Positions 20,228 to 26,974 of a stretch of 28,255 bases of DNA are shown piece after piece; position 1 is the first letter of the stretch, and each line of letters starts with the position of its first letter. The notes under the pieces were generated by a model, which was given only the letters and a program-made list of their open reading frames with translations, was not told the DNA's origin and searched no databases. The stretch spans positions 1 to 28,255 of the IMG/VR virus record IMGVR_UViG_2778261277_000006, one strand, 5' to 3'. Both the position numbers and the translations under genes were made by a program. The DNA is from a virus. Taxonomy: Duplodnaviria; Heunggongvirae; Uroviricota; Caudoviricetes.

Positions 20228-20726
20228 CTTCAATGCAATAATCGTAAAACGCCGCAAACTGCTCATCGCGGTGTTTTTTTTCATCTTCAGAAGGAATCAG
20301 CACCGACAATTTTTTATTCAGATCAGCGACGCTGCCCTCCAGTTTTTCAATGAGCGATTCAATATCATCTTTTTCTGACCGCAATGCCGTCGGTGGCGTC
20401 TTCAGAGAACCAGTAATTCTTCCCGGTAGTTTTCCTCTGTAGGTTATCCACACATTCTGCGCCTCTAAAATTATGGGGCGCTTTCCCGGCAACGGTTCGT
20501 TCCCTTCACATAACCCGGCAGCAATATCCCGGAACAATATCTTTGCCTGTTTGATTGCCTCTGTCTCGTAAAACTCCAGCGTTGCCCCTTCAACACGCTC
20601 CATGCTGATATTCAGATCAACAATTTCACCGGCAAAACGTTCTTTATCCTGTAAGGCTACAATTACCGAGACTTTATTCTCAAAATTGCGGGTCCCTTTC
20701 ACAATCAACTCATAGCTTTTAATCAT
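20175..20726 (-). CDS. Hypothetical protein, 183 aa, inserted between holin and endolysin
   Basis: ATG 4 nt after the holin stop (...GAG TAA ttca ATG), with GGGGAGAG upstream, so probably translationally coupled to the late lysis operon; lower GC than flanking genes; no recognised motif. Confidence 0.6.
   Translation of the reverse strand: MIKSYELIVKGTRNFENKVSVIVALQDKERFAGEIVDLNISMERVEGATLEFYETEAIKQAKILFRDIAAGLCEGNEPLPGKRPIILEAQNVWITYRGKLPGRITGSLKTPPTALRSEKDDIESLIEKLEGSVADLNKKLSVLIPSEDEKKHRDEQFAAFYDYCIEVTRRNFVKIFEEGKSLQ
20248..20281 (+). terminator. Putative intrinsic terminator for the small plus-strand ORF
   Basis: AAACGCCGC ... GCGGTGTTTTTTTT: short GC stem with a 12-nt loop followed by a run of 8 T. 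Confidence 0.3.
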
Positions 20727-20730
20727 TGAA

Positions 20731-20946
20731 TTACTCTCCCCGCGCCGCCTTGCGACGGTCCTCTTTTATCTTGAAGTACAGATTCGTCAGATAAGTCAGA
20801 AAGCCCAGTGCCAGACTTCCCAGTACACCAATTGCCGCCCACTGTGACGGGCTGACCTGATCAAGCCACTGTAAAAACCAGTAGCCGGCACTGCCTGCAG
20901 AAGTACCATAGGCAATACCCGTTGAAATTTTGTCCATTGGACTCAC
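20731..20946 (-). CDS. S: Class II pinholin, phage 21 S-like
   Basis: 71 codons, (GTG)[70 protein letters not shown], closely matching the S21 pinholin; two TM segments; probable ATG start at codon 4 (~20937) with a possible upstream GTG start. Confidence 0.85.
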   Translation of the reverse strand: MSPMDKISTGIAYGTSAGSAGYWFLQWLDQVSPSQWAAIGVLGSLALGFLTYLTNLYFKIKEDRRKAARGE

Positions 20947-21003
20947 AACCTCACCTCCGAATCATCCGGTGGCGTTATATTCAGAAAATTGGGGGAATGA
21001 CGC

Positions 21004-21038
21004 AAAAAAACTGCCAGACGATGGCAATCGTCTGACAG
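21004..21038 (-). terminator. Strong intrinsic terminator upstream of S (candidate tR')
   Basis: Minus strand CTGTCAGACGAT-TGCC-ATCGTCTGGCAG (12-bp stem with one G-U, 4-nt loop) followed by TTTTTTT; ends ~60 nt upstream of the holin start. Confidence 0.6.
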
Positions 21039-21105
21039 CAATAACAGGTAATCCAAAAAACATGGGTAAAACAACAAGTGAGTGATTATGGCGACACGGT
21101 GTCGG

Positions 21106-21136
21106 ATTTTTACCGATGAGCCTTTGGCGTGGTCAA
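21106..21136 (-). promoter_or_regulatory. Candidate late promoter (pR'-like) and Q-utilisation region
   Basis: Minus strand TTGACC (plus 21131-21136), 18-nt spacer, TAAAAT (plus ~21106-21111); palindrome CGACACCGTGTCG at the predicted start; about 95 nt upstream of the terminator. A perfect TATAAT inside an inverted repeat at ~21237-21260 is an alternative. Confidence 0.4.
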
Positions 21137-21285
21137 CCGTGGCTCGCTTGCGTCAACGATGAATTAACGAAGCAAATCCTTTGCAACTTATGCACAAACC
21201 ACCACATCAGCCCTGCTACATTGCAGGATGCACCGTGTTGTTACAGATTATACGTAACAGATGTCCCACTAATAATTGAGTTAAT

Positions 21286-22347
21286 TCACAAAATTGTATT
21301 TGCTGATAACATACTGATTTCCTGAATGGTCTTATTGAACCGTTCTGTCTCAAGCTCAACACCTAACGCCCGACGCCCCAGCGCCATTGCTGCTTTTATT
21401 GTGGAACCGGATCCCATAAAGAAATCAGCAACCAGATCGCCAGGTCGACTACTGGCATTGATTATTTGCCTGAGCATATCCGCCGGTTTCTCACACGGAT
21501 GTTTGCCCGGGTAGAACTGAACGGGCTTATGCGTCCAGACATCGGTATAAGGCACGGAGACTGATACGGAGAAATAGCGCCGGAGAGATTTAAACTCATC
21601 CAGCAATTCAGAATATTTGCGATTCAGTGAATCATAAGATGCCACCAGTTGGTGGTGTGGTTGTTCCAGTTGTTGTTCCTGAAACTTCTCTGCCGCTATA
21701 CGGGAAAACAATGCCTGTAACTTCCGGTAGTCAGCCTCATTCGGCAACTGCCACTGACTGGCACCAAACCAGTGGGAAACCATATTTTTCTTACCAGTGG
21801 CTTCGGCAATCTGTTTTGCCGTTATACCCAGTTCGGCACGAGCATCCCTGAAATACGAAATCAGCGGTGCCATTATGTGCTGTTTGAGTTGCCTTTCTTT
21901 TGCCGCATAGCCGTCACTTTTGCCGCAATATGGCCCCTGGTAATGTTCAGCAAACAGAACACGCTCTGTGGCAGGAAAATATGCGCGCAGACTTTCTTTA
22001 TTACACCCATTCCAACGTCCGGACGGCTTCGCCCAGATGATATGGTTAAGCACGTTGAAACGTTCACGCATCATGATCTCAATATCAGATGCCAGGCGAT
22101 GTCCACAGAACAGGTAAAGGCTTCCGGCAGGTTTCAACACCCGCCAGAACTGGGCCAGACAGTGGTCCAGCCACTTAAGGTAATCTTCATCCCCTTTCCA
22201 CTGATTGTCCCAGTCGTTGGGTTTCACTTTGAAGTACGGCGGATCGGTAACAATCAGGTCAATGGAATCATCAGGCAGGGACTGAATAAAATGCAGGCAA
22301 TCAGCGTTGATTAAATCAACACTGTTTATTTTTACAGTATTTTTCAT
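21286..22347 (-). CDS. Orphan DNA methyltransferase, beta-class, probably N6-adenine
   Basis: 353 aa; motif IV DLIVTDPPYF near the N-terminus and AdoMet motif I DLVADFFMGSGSTIKAA near the C-terminus (IV-before-I order is beta class); no restriction endonuclease gene adjacent. Confidence 0.85.
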   Translation of the reverse strand: MKNTVKINSVDLINADCLHFIQSLPDDSIDLIVTDPPYFKVKPNDWDNQWKGDEDYLKWLDHCLAQFWRVLKPAGSLYLFCGHRLASDIEIMMRERFNVLNHIIWAKPSGRWNGCNKESLRAYFPATERVLFAEHYQGPYCGKSDGYAAKERQLKQHIMAPLISYFRDARAELGITAKQIAEATGKKNMVSHWFGASQWQLPNEADYRKLQALFSRIAAEKFQEQQLEQPHHQLVASYDSLNRKYSELLDEFKSLRRYFSVSVSVPYTDVWTHKPVQFYPGKHPCEKPADMLRQIINASSRPGDLVADFFMGSGSTIKAAMALGRRALGVELETERFNKTIQEISMLSANTIL

Positions 22348-22496
22348 GGATCAGTAAGCGTAACTCTGGTAGGCTCACTCTGCTTTTGCGCTAAAGCAAT
22401 GGGCCGTGGTTCGCTTGTGACCAGTAAGCATGAGCGAATGGCTGGCAGGTGCTACCAACACCCTCCAGCCGCCCATTTTCACAAATTAAAAGTCCT

Positions 22497-22715
22497 TCAT
22501 TGCTGAAGACGTCTGTAACAGCCGAACTGGTAATCTGCCAACCCCGCCATCACCAACTGAGTCAGTATTAACTGACAGCGTTCGCGTGAAAGGTATGTGT
22601 TTTGTGCAATCTCCCCAACCGTTGCCGGTTCGACGCTTAATTCATTAAAAACAACTTTCGCCGTTTCTGTCATATCCTGCTGTTTTAGCATGTCTTTTTT
22701 CCTTCGGGTTAACAT
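22497..22715 (-). CDS. Small putative DNA-binding (winged-helix-like) protein upstream of the methyltransferase
   Basis: 64-72 aa (likely start at the second Met, preceded by AAGGAAAAAAG); ...VGEIAQNTYLSRERCQLILTQLVMAGLADYQ... resembles an HTH recognition region; family not identified. Confidence 0.45.
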   Translation of the reverse strand: MLTRRKKDMLKQQDMTETAKVVFNELSVEPATVGEIAQNTYLSRERCQLILTQLVMAGLADYQFGCYRRLQQ

Positions 22716-22813
22716 GACATACCAATAACTCTTGTCTAAAAAGCCAGCAAGATAAAAAGTCAGTATTCACGACCACCAGCGTGTTTACCGTACTGCACCA
22801 AGTTTACAGGTAC

Positions 22814-22837
22814 AAAAAACCCGCTCGATGGCGGGTT
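22814..22837 (-). terminator. Intrinsic terminator, minus strand
   Basis: Minus strand AAACCCGC-CATCGA-GCGGGTTTTTTGT: GC-rich stem followed by TTTTTT; lies between the plus-strand operon and the wHTH/methyltransferase genes. Confidence 0.5.
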
Positions 22838-22883
22838 TAAGCTGTGTGGCGAAGTAACCACTCTTAACATATTACGATAGTTT

Positions 22884-22912
22884 TTGCGTACGCGTTAGCA
22901 TTTTATTACAAT
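22884..22912 (+). promoter_or_regulatory. Candidate sigma70 promoter for the plus-strand two-gene operon
   Basis: TTGCGT (22884-22889), 17-nt spacer, TACAAT (22907-22912), ~35 nt upstream of the ATG at 22945. Confidence 0.4.
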
Positions 22913-22944
22913 TCTATCGTCCTGAACCTAACCTAAGGCCGTTT

Positions 22945-23766
22945 ATGAATTTCTCTTACACTAAACAAGATGGACTGACAAAGAAGTGTCTTGTCAGAGG
23001 CTTTAAAGTTAACACAGCATCTACTGATATTCTTTTTGATCAAATAGCAAACTCTACAACCTTTCAGATAGGCTCTGTCATCAAAATCAGTGCAGATAAG
23101 CACCTTATGCTGAAGGCATTTGAAACAAACGCCAATTGCCACTATCTTCATGTAGCCATTTACAACCCTAAAGCACAAGTTTCTATAACTCCTTTAAAAA
23201 AAGCTGCAAGCGATTTACTGGATGTAGAGAACCTTGATGATCTTCATGCGTTCTTAATGATAAAAGGCAACCAGATAGCATCACTTATGCAAATCTCAAC
23301 TAATTGGTGCGAAGTTAAGATTTCTAAAATATTTAATCAATTTGGTATATCTATAACGCCAACAGCCATTCTAAAAAACAATGTTATTCAGAAAATTAAA
23401 GAGGACAAATTAAAAGCTCTGCATCTCAACATTGACGTTGATGAATCTGATTTCGTTCAAGCACCTAGTGTGTTAGAGTCAATATTCAAAAAAGAACCAA
23501 CAATTAGGTCCAAGGGCATCTCTGGGCACTTAACAATAGATGCTAAAGGTAATGCTGAATTAGCTCAGTCTATTGAGAATAATCCTGCTACATGGGTTGA
23601 TGATTTGGACAGAGATTTTTATATTGAGACGAAAAAAGGCGACAAGTTTTATAGTGACGATTTGAAAGTAACTAAGGTTTACTTTACCGTACCATATGGT
23701 TCTAAGTCTATAAATGCGAAATATGCTAAAGAAATCCTAGAGGATTTTGTAGCAAAAGAGCTATAA
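22945..23766 (+). CDS. Hypothetical soluble protein, 273 aa (first gene of AT-rich two-gene operon)
   Basis: ATG start, long ORF in a strongly AT-rich segment, opposite strand to all flanking phage genes; no Walker, HNH, HEPN or other motif recognised by eye. Confidence 0.7.
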   Translation: MNFSYTKQDGLTKKCLVRGFKVNTASTDILFDQIANSTTFQIGSVIKISADKHLMLKAFETNANCHYLHVAIYNPKAQVSITPLKKAASDLLDVENLDDLHAFLMIKGNQIASLMQISTNWCEVKISKIFNQFGISITPTAILKNNVIQKIKEDKLKALHLNIDVDESDFVQAPSVLESIFKKEPTIRSKGISGHLTIDAKGNAELAQSIENNPATWVDDLDRDFYIETKKGDKFYSDDLKVTKVYFTVPYGSKSINAKYAKEILEDFVAKEL

Positions 23767-23790
23767 TGATAGAAAACAAAGGAGGCTAAG

Positions 23791-24276
23791 ATGCTAAAAA
23801 ATATTAACACAACAGGGCTGATCGTATCAGCACTAAACATCATAGCCTCGTTAGGTTTCTCGATTTTTTTAACTGGAAGCCTAACTAATAATACTGATGC
23901 ATTAAATCTTGTAGCTAATGTATTCTCAATATTATCTGGATTTTTGCTTTTAGTAATAACTATGTCAGGTGAAAACTCAACGTTGCTTAGTAACATGAGC
24001 GCACTGGACGCAGCAAATCAAGAAAAAAGATTCTTGATGCGCTTTAACAAATACTATGCTCTTTTTTTACTTTACATACTCACATTGGCTTTGATTTTTA
24101 TATTCTATTTAATAACAAAAGATAAAACCAATAACTCAGCGATATTAACGAGCTTAAAATCTATAATTGGCCATTCAATTGCATTTCTAACATGCTTCTC
24201 ATTCATCCAGTCAACATTCATTCCACTTAAAATAAAAGAGCTATTTAAGGAAAAAAGAGAACTTAATAAGAAGTAA
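23791..24276 (+). CDS. Hypothetical integral membrane protein, 161 aa, four predicted TM helices
   Basis: AAGGAGG 6 nt upstream of ATG, 24 nt after the upstream stop; four hydrophobic segments (approx. residues 8-29, 38-58, 88-108, 124-144); Lys-rich C-terminus. Confidence 0.7.
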   Translation: MLKNINTTGLIVSALNIIASLGFSIFLTGSLTNNTDALNLVANVFSILSGFLLLVITMSGENSTLLSNMSALDAANQEKRFLMRFNKYYALFLLYILTLALIFIFYLITKDKTNNSAILTSLKSIIGHSIAFLTCFSFIQSTFIPLKIKELFKEKRELNKK

Positions 24277-24299
24277 ACTAAACCATTAGTTTACTTCTT
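24268..24299. terminator. Perfect 14-bp hairpin at the 3' end of the plus-strand operon (candidate bidirectional terminator)
   Basis: AAGAAGTAAACTAA-ACCA-TTAGTTTACTTCTT; includes the operon stop codon; T-rich sequence follows on both strands; lies between convergent Q and the operon. Confidence 0.5.
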
Positions 24300-24324
24300 C
24301 CCGAACAGATTTTAGTTTTACATG

Positions 24325-24678
24325 TCACAGCATATGTAGTACGCCGTCGATAAACCCCATTGCTGTCTGTAATTCTTTTCTGATGGTCCCATCAGAACAT
24401 TTTCGTTTCTTAGCTATACTACGTAATGATATACCGATAACAAAATGAGCAATGATCAGCTCATATTCTTCTGGTTTATACTTCCGCAGGCGGGCGACAC
24501 AGCCATCAATCATGATGCCTTCATCATCATCACACTTGAGGCGTGACTTTTTACCATGTGGCAAAAGCCCCTTGAAGCCTGCCGCTATCGACTGCCAGTC
24601 GACACCACTATTTTCTGCTGCAGCCCATGCCCCCCAGCGGTCTAAAACCTCATACATATCACGCCCCATTACTATCAC
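24325..24678 (-). CDS. Q-family late antiterminator-like protein (QuuD/DLP12-type small Q)
   Basis: 117 aa, ...VLDRWGAWAAAENSGVDWQSIAAGFKGL...CDDDEGIMIDGCVARL...KCSDGTIRKELQTAMGFIDGVL; shares the signature blocks recalled for the DLP12 Q-like protein; downstream of rusA as in DLP12-type nin regions. Confidence 0.65.
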   Translation of the reverse strand: MIVMGRDMYEVLDRWGAWAAAENSGVDWQSIAAGFKGLLPHGKKSRLKCDDDEGIMIDGCVARLRKYKPEEYELIIAHFVIGISLRSIAKKRKCSDGTIRKELQTAMGFIDGVLHML

Positions 24679-25036
24679 CTCTGATTTCGCAAATCTTCAC
24701 GCCCAGCCGACCACCAGGAACGAGCTGACCGCACACAATATTAATTTCATCGAACTGCTCGTCGTCTATGAGCAGCCCCGCATGTGTCAGTGCATCCAGT
24801 GGTGCTTTCAGAATATTGTCCAGGTCACGACGGCGCTTATCCGGTGGCTCTGCAATAATCTTTATCGCCAGCCTTCCGGACAGGTTTAATTTCAACCGCT
24901 GCTGGCGAACAATAAGCGCCACATCCCGACGATAACGCTTTCCTGCCTCCTAGATAAAATATGTGCCACCATGGCGTCGCCAGTAGGTGTTCACCGTTGG
25001 TGGGTAAGGCAAAACAAATTCTGTACGTTCAGTCAT
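24659..25036 (-). pseudogene. rusA: rusA Holliday-junction resolvase homologue with in-frame amber (TAG) at codon 29
   Basis: From ATG: MTERTEFVLPYPPTVNTYWRRHGGTYFI-TAG-EAGKRYRRDVALIVRQQRLKLNLSGRLAIKIIAEPPDKRRRDLDNILKAPLDALTHAGLLIDDEQFDEINIVCGQLVPGGRLGVKICEIRGDSNGA; both sides of the TAG align to RusA in one frame. The track reports only the post-stop part (24659-24922, GTG start). Confidence 0.7.
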
Positions 25037-26095
25037 TTATGCTTTCCACTTCAGGACGCCCGAATTTCTCACGTGTATTAAAAAACGAATCAGTAACACC
25101 AACTGGCTACCGTGTTTCGCTTCAAATTCTTTTACCCCGGCATGCAGTTCGTTATGGCATTTACGACACAGCGGAATAACGAACAAATCATCAGCCTTTG
25201 TTCCCATTCCTCCCAGACCATGTCCAATGATGTGATGCGGATCATCTGCCTGATTGCCGCACGTCATGCACTTCTGTGTTTTTACCCAGCGCGTATATAC
25301 AGGCATCTCTTCCCGTTGTGGTTTCTTGCGCTGGAGATACTGAGCCGGAGACTCCGGATCAACAGTGATGCTTACCACCGTCTTTTCCTGTGGCGGGTTA
25401 TGTTGCTGGTGAGAGCAAGACGGCGGCACTATATTTTTTGTGCGCTGTTTCAGTATGCTGGTGGCTGTCTGCTCTCCCGGTACAATGTCGCTCTCCCGGT
25501 ACACAGAGCGGATTTTTTCTACGGGCAATCCCAGTGAACGATGTAATACTGCCTCCGGTAGCGCCTCCGCCACCTGATTGCATACCGCCCACCAGGATAA
25601 TTCAGCCAGAGATAATTCGCGCTCCTGCGCACCGCTTATTGCATGGCGGATGACATCAATCATCCAGGCTGTCAGATTTTGTTGAGCAAGCAGCTCCAGC
25701 GATTCTGATGTCTGGTCACGAAGCTGGTTGTCGCAGTGCCAGCACAACACCATCGCGCCGGTACCGTAACGGTGTATGACGGTTTCACTGTGATGGTAAT
25801 CACCATGAGGCCACTGGCAGGATTTAACATTGCGCAACAGCCAGTCAGACAATGCACCAGTACCACCAGCAGCACGAATCACACGCTCATTGCTGAAAAA
25901 CGGCAGTAATGATTTATCCTCCGCCAGCGGCTGGCGAACGGCGGGAACAACTCCGGACGGCAGACTGCGCATGCTTTTCGGTTCCGGCTCCACCAGCACC
26001 CGGGTATTGTGGAATACCGGCATGGATTCACGGCCCGGCTTAACGATCACCAGCCCGAGTTCCGGTACAAGAACAGGTCGAAGTAATACCCGCAC
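25037..26095 (-). CDS. nin-region protein with C-terminal Cys/His zinc-finger (HNH-like) motif; resembles DUF968-type prophage proteins
   Basis: 352 aa; C-terminus CMTCGNQADDPHHIIGHGLGGMGTKADDLFVIPLCRKCHNELH (CxxC...HH...CxxCHxxxH); lies immediately upstream of rusA. Family name is from memory. Confidence 0.65.
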   Translation of the reverse strand: MRVLLRPVLVPELGLVIVKPGRESMPVFHNTRVLVEPEPKSMRSLPSGVVPAVRQPLAEDKSLLPFFSNERVIRAAGGTGALSDWLLRNVKSCQWPHGDYHHSETVIHRYGTGAMVLCWHCDNQLRDQTSESLELLAQQNLTAWMIDVIRHAISGAQERELSLAELSWWAVCNQVAEALPEAVLHRSLGLPVEKIRSVYRESDIVPGEQTATSILKQRTKNIVPPSCSHQQHNPPQEKTVVSITVDPESPAQYLQRKKPQREEMPVYTRWVKTQKCMTCGNQADDPHHIIGHGLGGMGTKADDLFVIPLCRKCHNELHAGVKEFEAKHGSQLVLLIRFLIHVRNSGVLKWKA

Positions 26096-26096
26096 G

Positions 26097-26375
26097 TTAC
26101 CTCCAGATGCGTTGCTGGAATGTGCGGGACGGACGCGGTGGCCGTTCAGAGTAAGGAAGCCTGACGGAGATTATCCAGTGCAGGCAGTCAAGGCTGAGTT
26201 CTTTCTGAAACTCGTAACCGCGTCTGCGGTAGTTCTGAATTAGCCACTCTGCCTGTTCTTCAGTACATGGATCATGCTGGAACCAGTCAGATTTGAATGC
26301 ATGAGAACGCCGCCCGTGCCTGCTGGCAGGGTCAGCAGAGTTATCCGAATTGTAAAATCTGGTATCGTGCGCCAT
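26097..26375 (-). CDS. Hypothetical nin-region protein (~92 aa from internal Met)
   Basis: Track ORF 26097-26486 begins with a GTG that translates across a terminator hairpin, so the likely start is the Met at ~26375 (MAHDTRFYNSDNS...); no family recognised. Confidence 0.4.
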   Translation of the reverse strand: MAHDTRFYNSDNSADPASRHGRRSHAFKSDWFQHDPCTEEQAEWLIQNYRRRGYEFQKELSLDCLHWIISVRLPYSERPPRPSRTFQQRIWR

Positions 26376-26446
26376 CAGTTTTCTCTGCTGACGCAGCAGG
26401 TGCCAGTTGTTCAGGCTGGCGTGCGAATTGTAAACCAGAATGTCAT

Positions 26447-26473
26447 GAAAAAACAAAACCCGCCAAAGCGGGT
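26447..26473 (-). terminator. Intrinsic terminator downstream of the nin-region two-gene moron
   Basis: Minus strand ACCCGC-TTTG-GCGGGT followed by TTTGTTTTTTC; ~40 nt after the stop of the 153-aa membrane protein gene. Confidence 0.5.
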
Positions 26474-26512
26474 ATATTAAAAACACACCAGAAGTAAACC
26501 GTAGTTACCTGC

Positions 26513-26974
26513 TCAATCATCTGCCTTTTGTGATGAGTTCTTTTCCATCTGATCTGATTTTCCCTTATACATACCAGCAAGATATCCGGCAAGGACACCA
26601 CCACCGATCTTTGCAAGCTCAATTGCGTACTGGGCATTGCCTGTGAACATCGACACTATCACAACCAACGCAACACAAATTGTCACAAGGTATTTGAAAT
26701 ATACCTTTTTAACTTCAACACCACTAAAAATGGTAGCCTGTGTTGCCCGATCGTCTTTCTGCGCTTCTATGGACTTAAGCGCTATTTCCCTATTACTATC
26801 AATTTCTTGCTTTCTTATTTCAAGTTCTTGAGTCTTAAAATCAAGCTCCTTCTCTTTAAGCTCGATCTCTTTTGTTTGAACTTCTACGAACCTTTCTATA
26901 GCGATCATGGGGTTCGGCTTTTTCTCTTTTGCCTCGTCGCCATTTCTACATTGGGATACTGCCGACCCAGTCAT
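26513..26974 (-). CDS. Hypothetical coiled-coil membrane protein, 153 aa
   Basis: AT-rich; N-terminal Lys/Glu-rich heptad-like region (KEIELKEKELDFKTQELEIRKQEIDS...) then hydrophobic segments (YLVTICVALVVIVSMF and IGGGVLAGYLAGMY, glycine-zipper-like). Confidence 0.55.
   Translation of the reverse strand: MTGSAVSQCRNGDEAKEKKPNPMIAIERFVEVQTKEIELKEKELDFKTQELEIRKQEIDSNREIALKSIEAQKDDRATQATIFSGVEVKKVYFKYLVTICVALVVIVSMFTGNAQYAIELAKIGGGVLAGYLAGMYKGKSDQMEKNSSQKADD

Noticed and set aside
21237-21260. Alternative late promoter: perfect TATAAT inside the inverted repeat CTGTTAC-N9-GTAACAG
   Set aside because: Has only a weak -35 (TTATTA); kept as an alternative in the pR' feature note rather than a separate call.
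21772-22314. 180-aa plus-strand ORF
   Set aside because: Antisense within the methyltransferase gene, which has clear catalytic motifs on the minus strand.
22348-22496. Possible tRNA or small RNA gene in the Q-S cargo, as seen upstream of stx in Stx phages
   Set aside because: No cloverleaf-compatible sequence or GGTTCGA-like T-arm recognised by eye here or in other intergenic regions; would need tRNAscan to exclude formally.
22945-24276. Direct sequence homology of the two-gene operon to lambda RexA/RexB
   Set aside because: Only the architecture (size, order, 4-TM second gene) matches; I could not establish sequence identity from memory, so the link is kept as an architectural analogy only.
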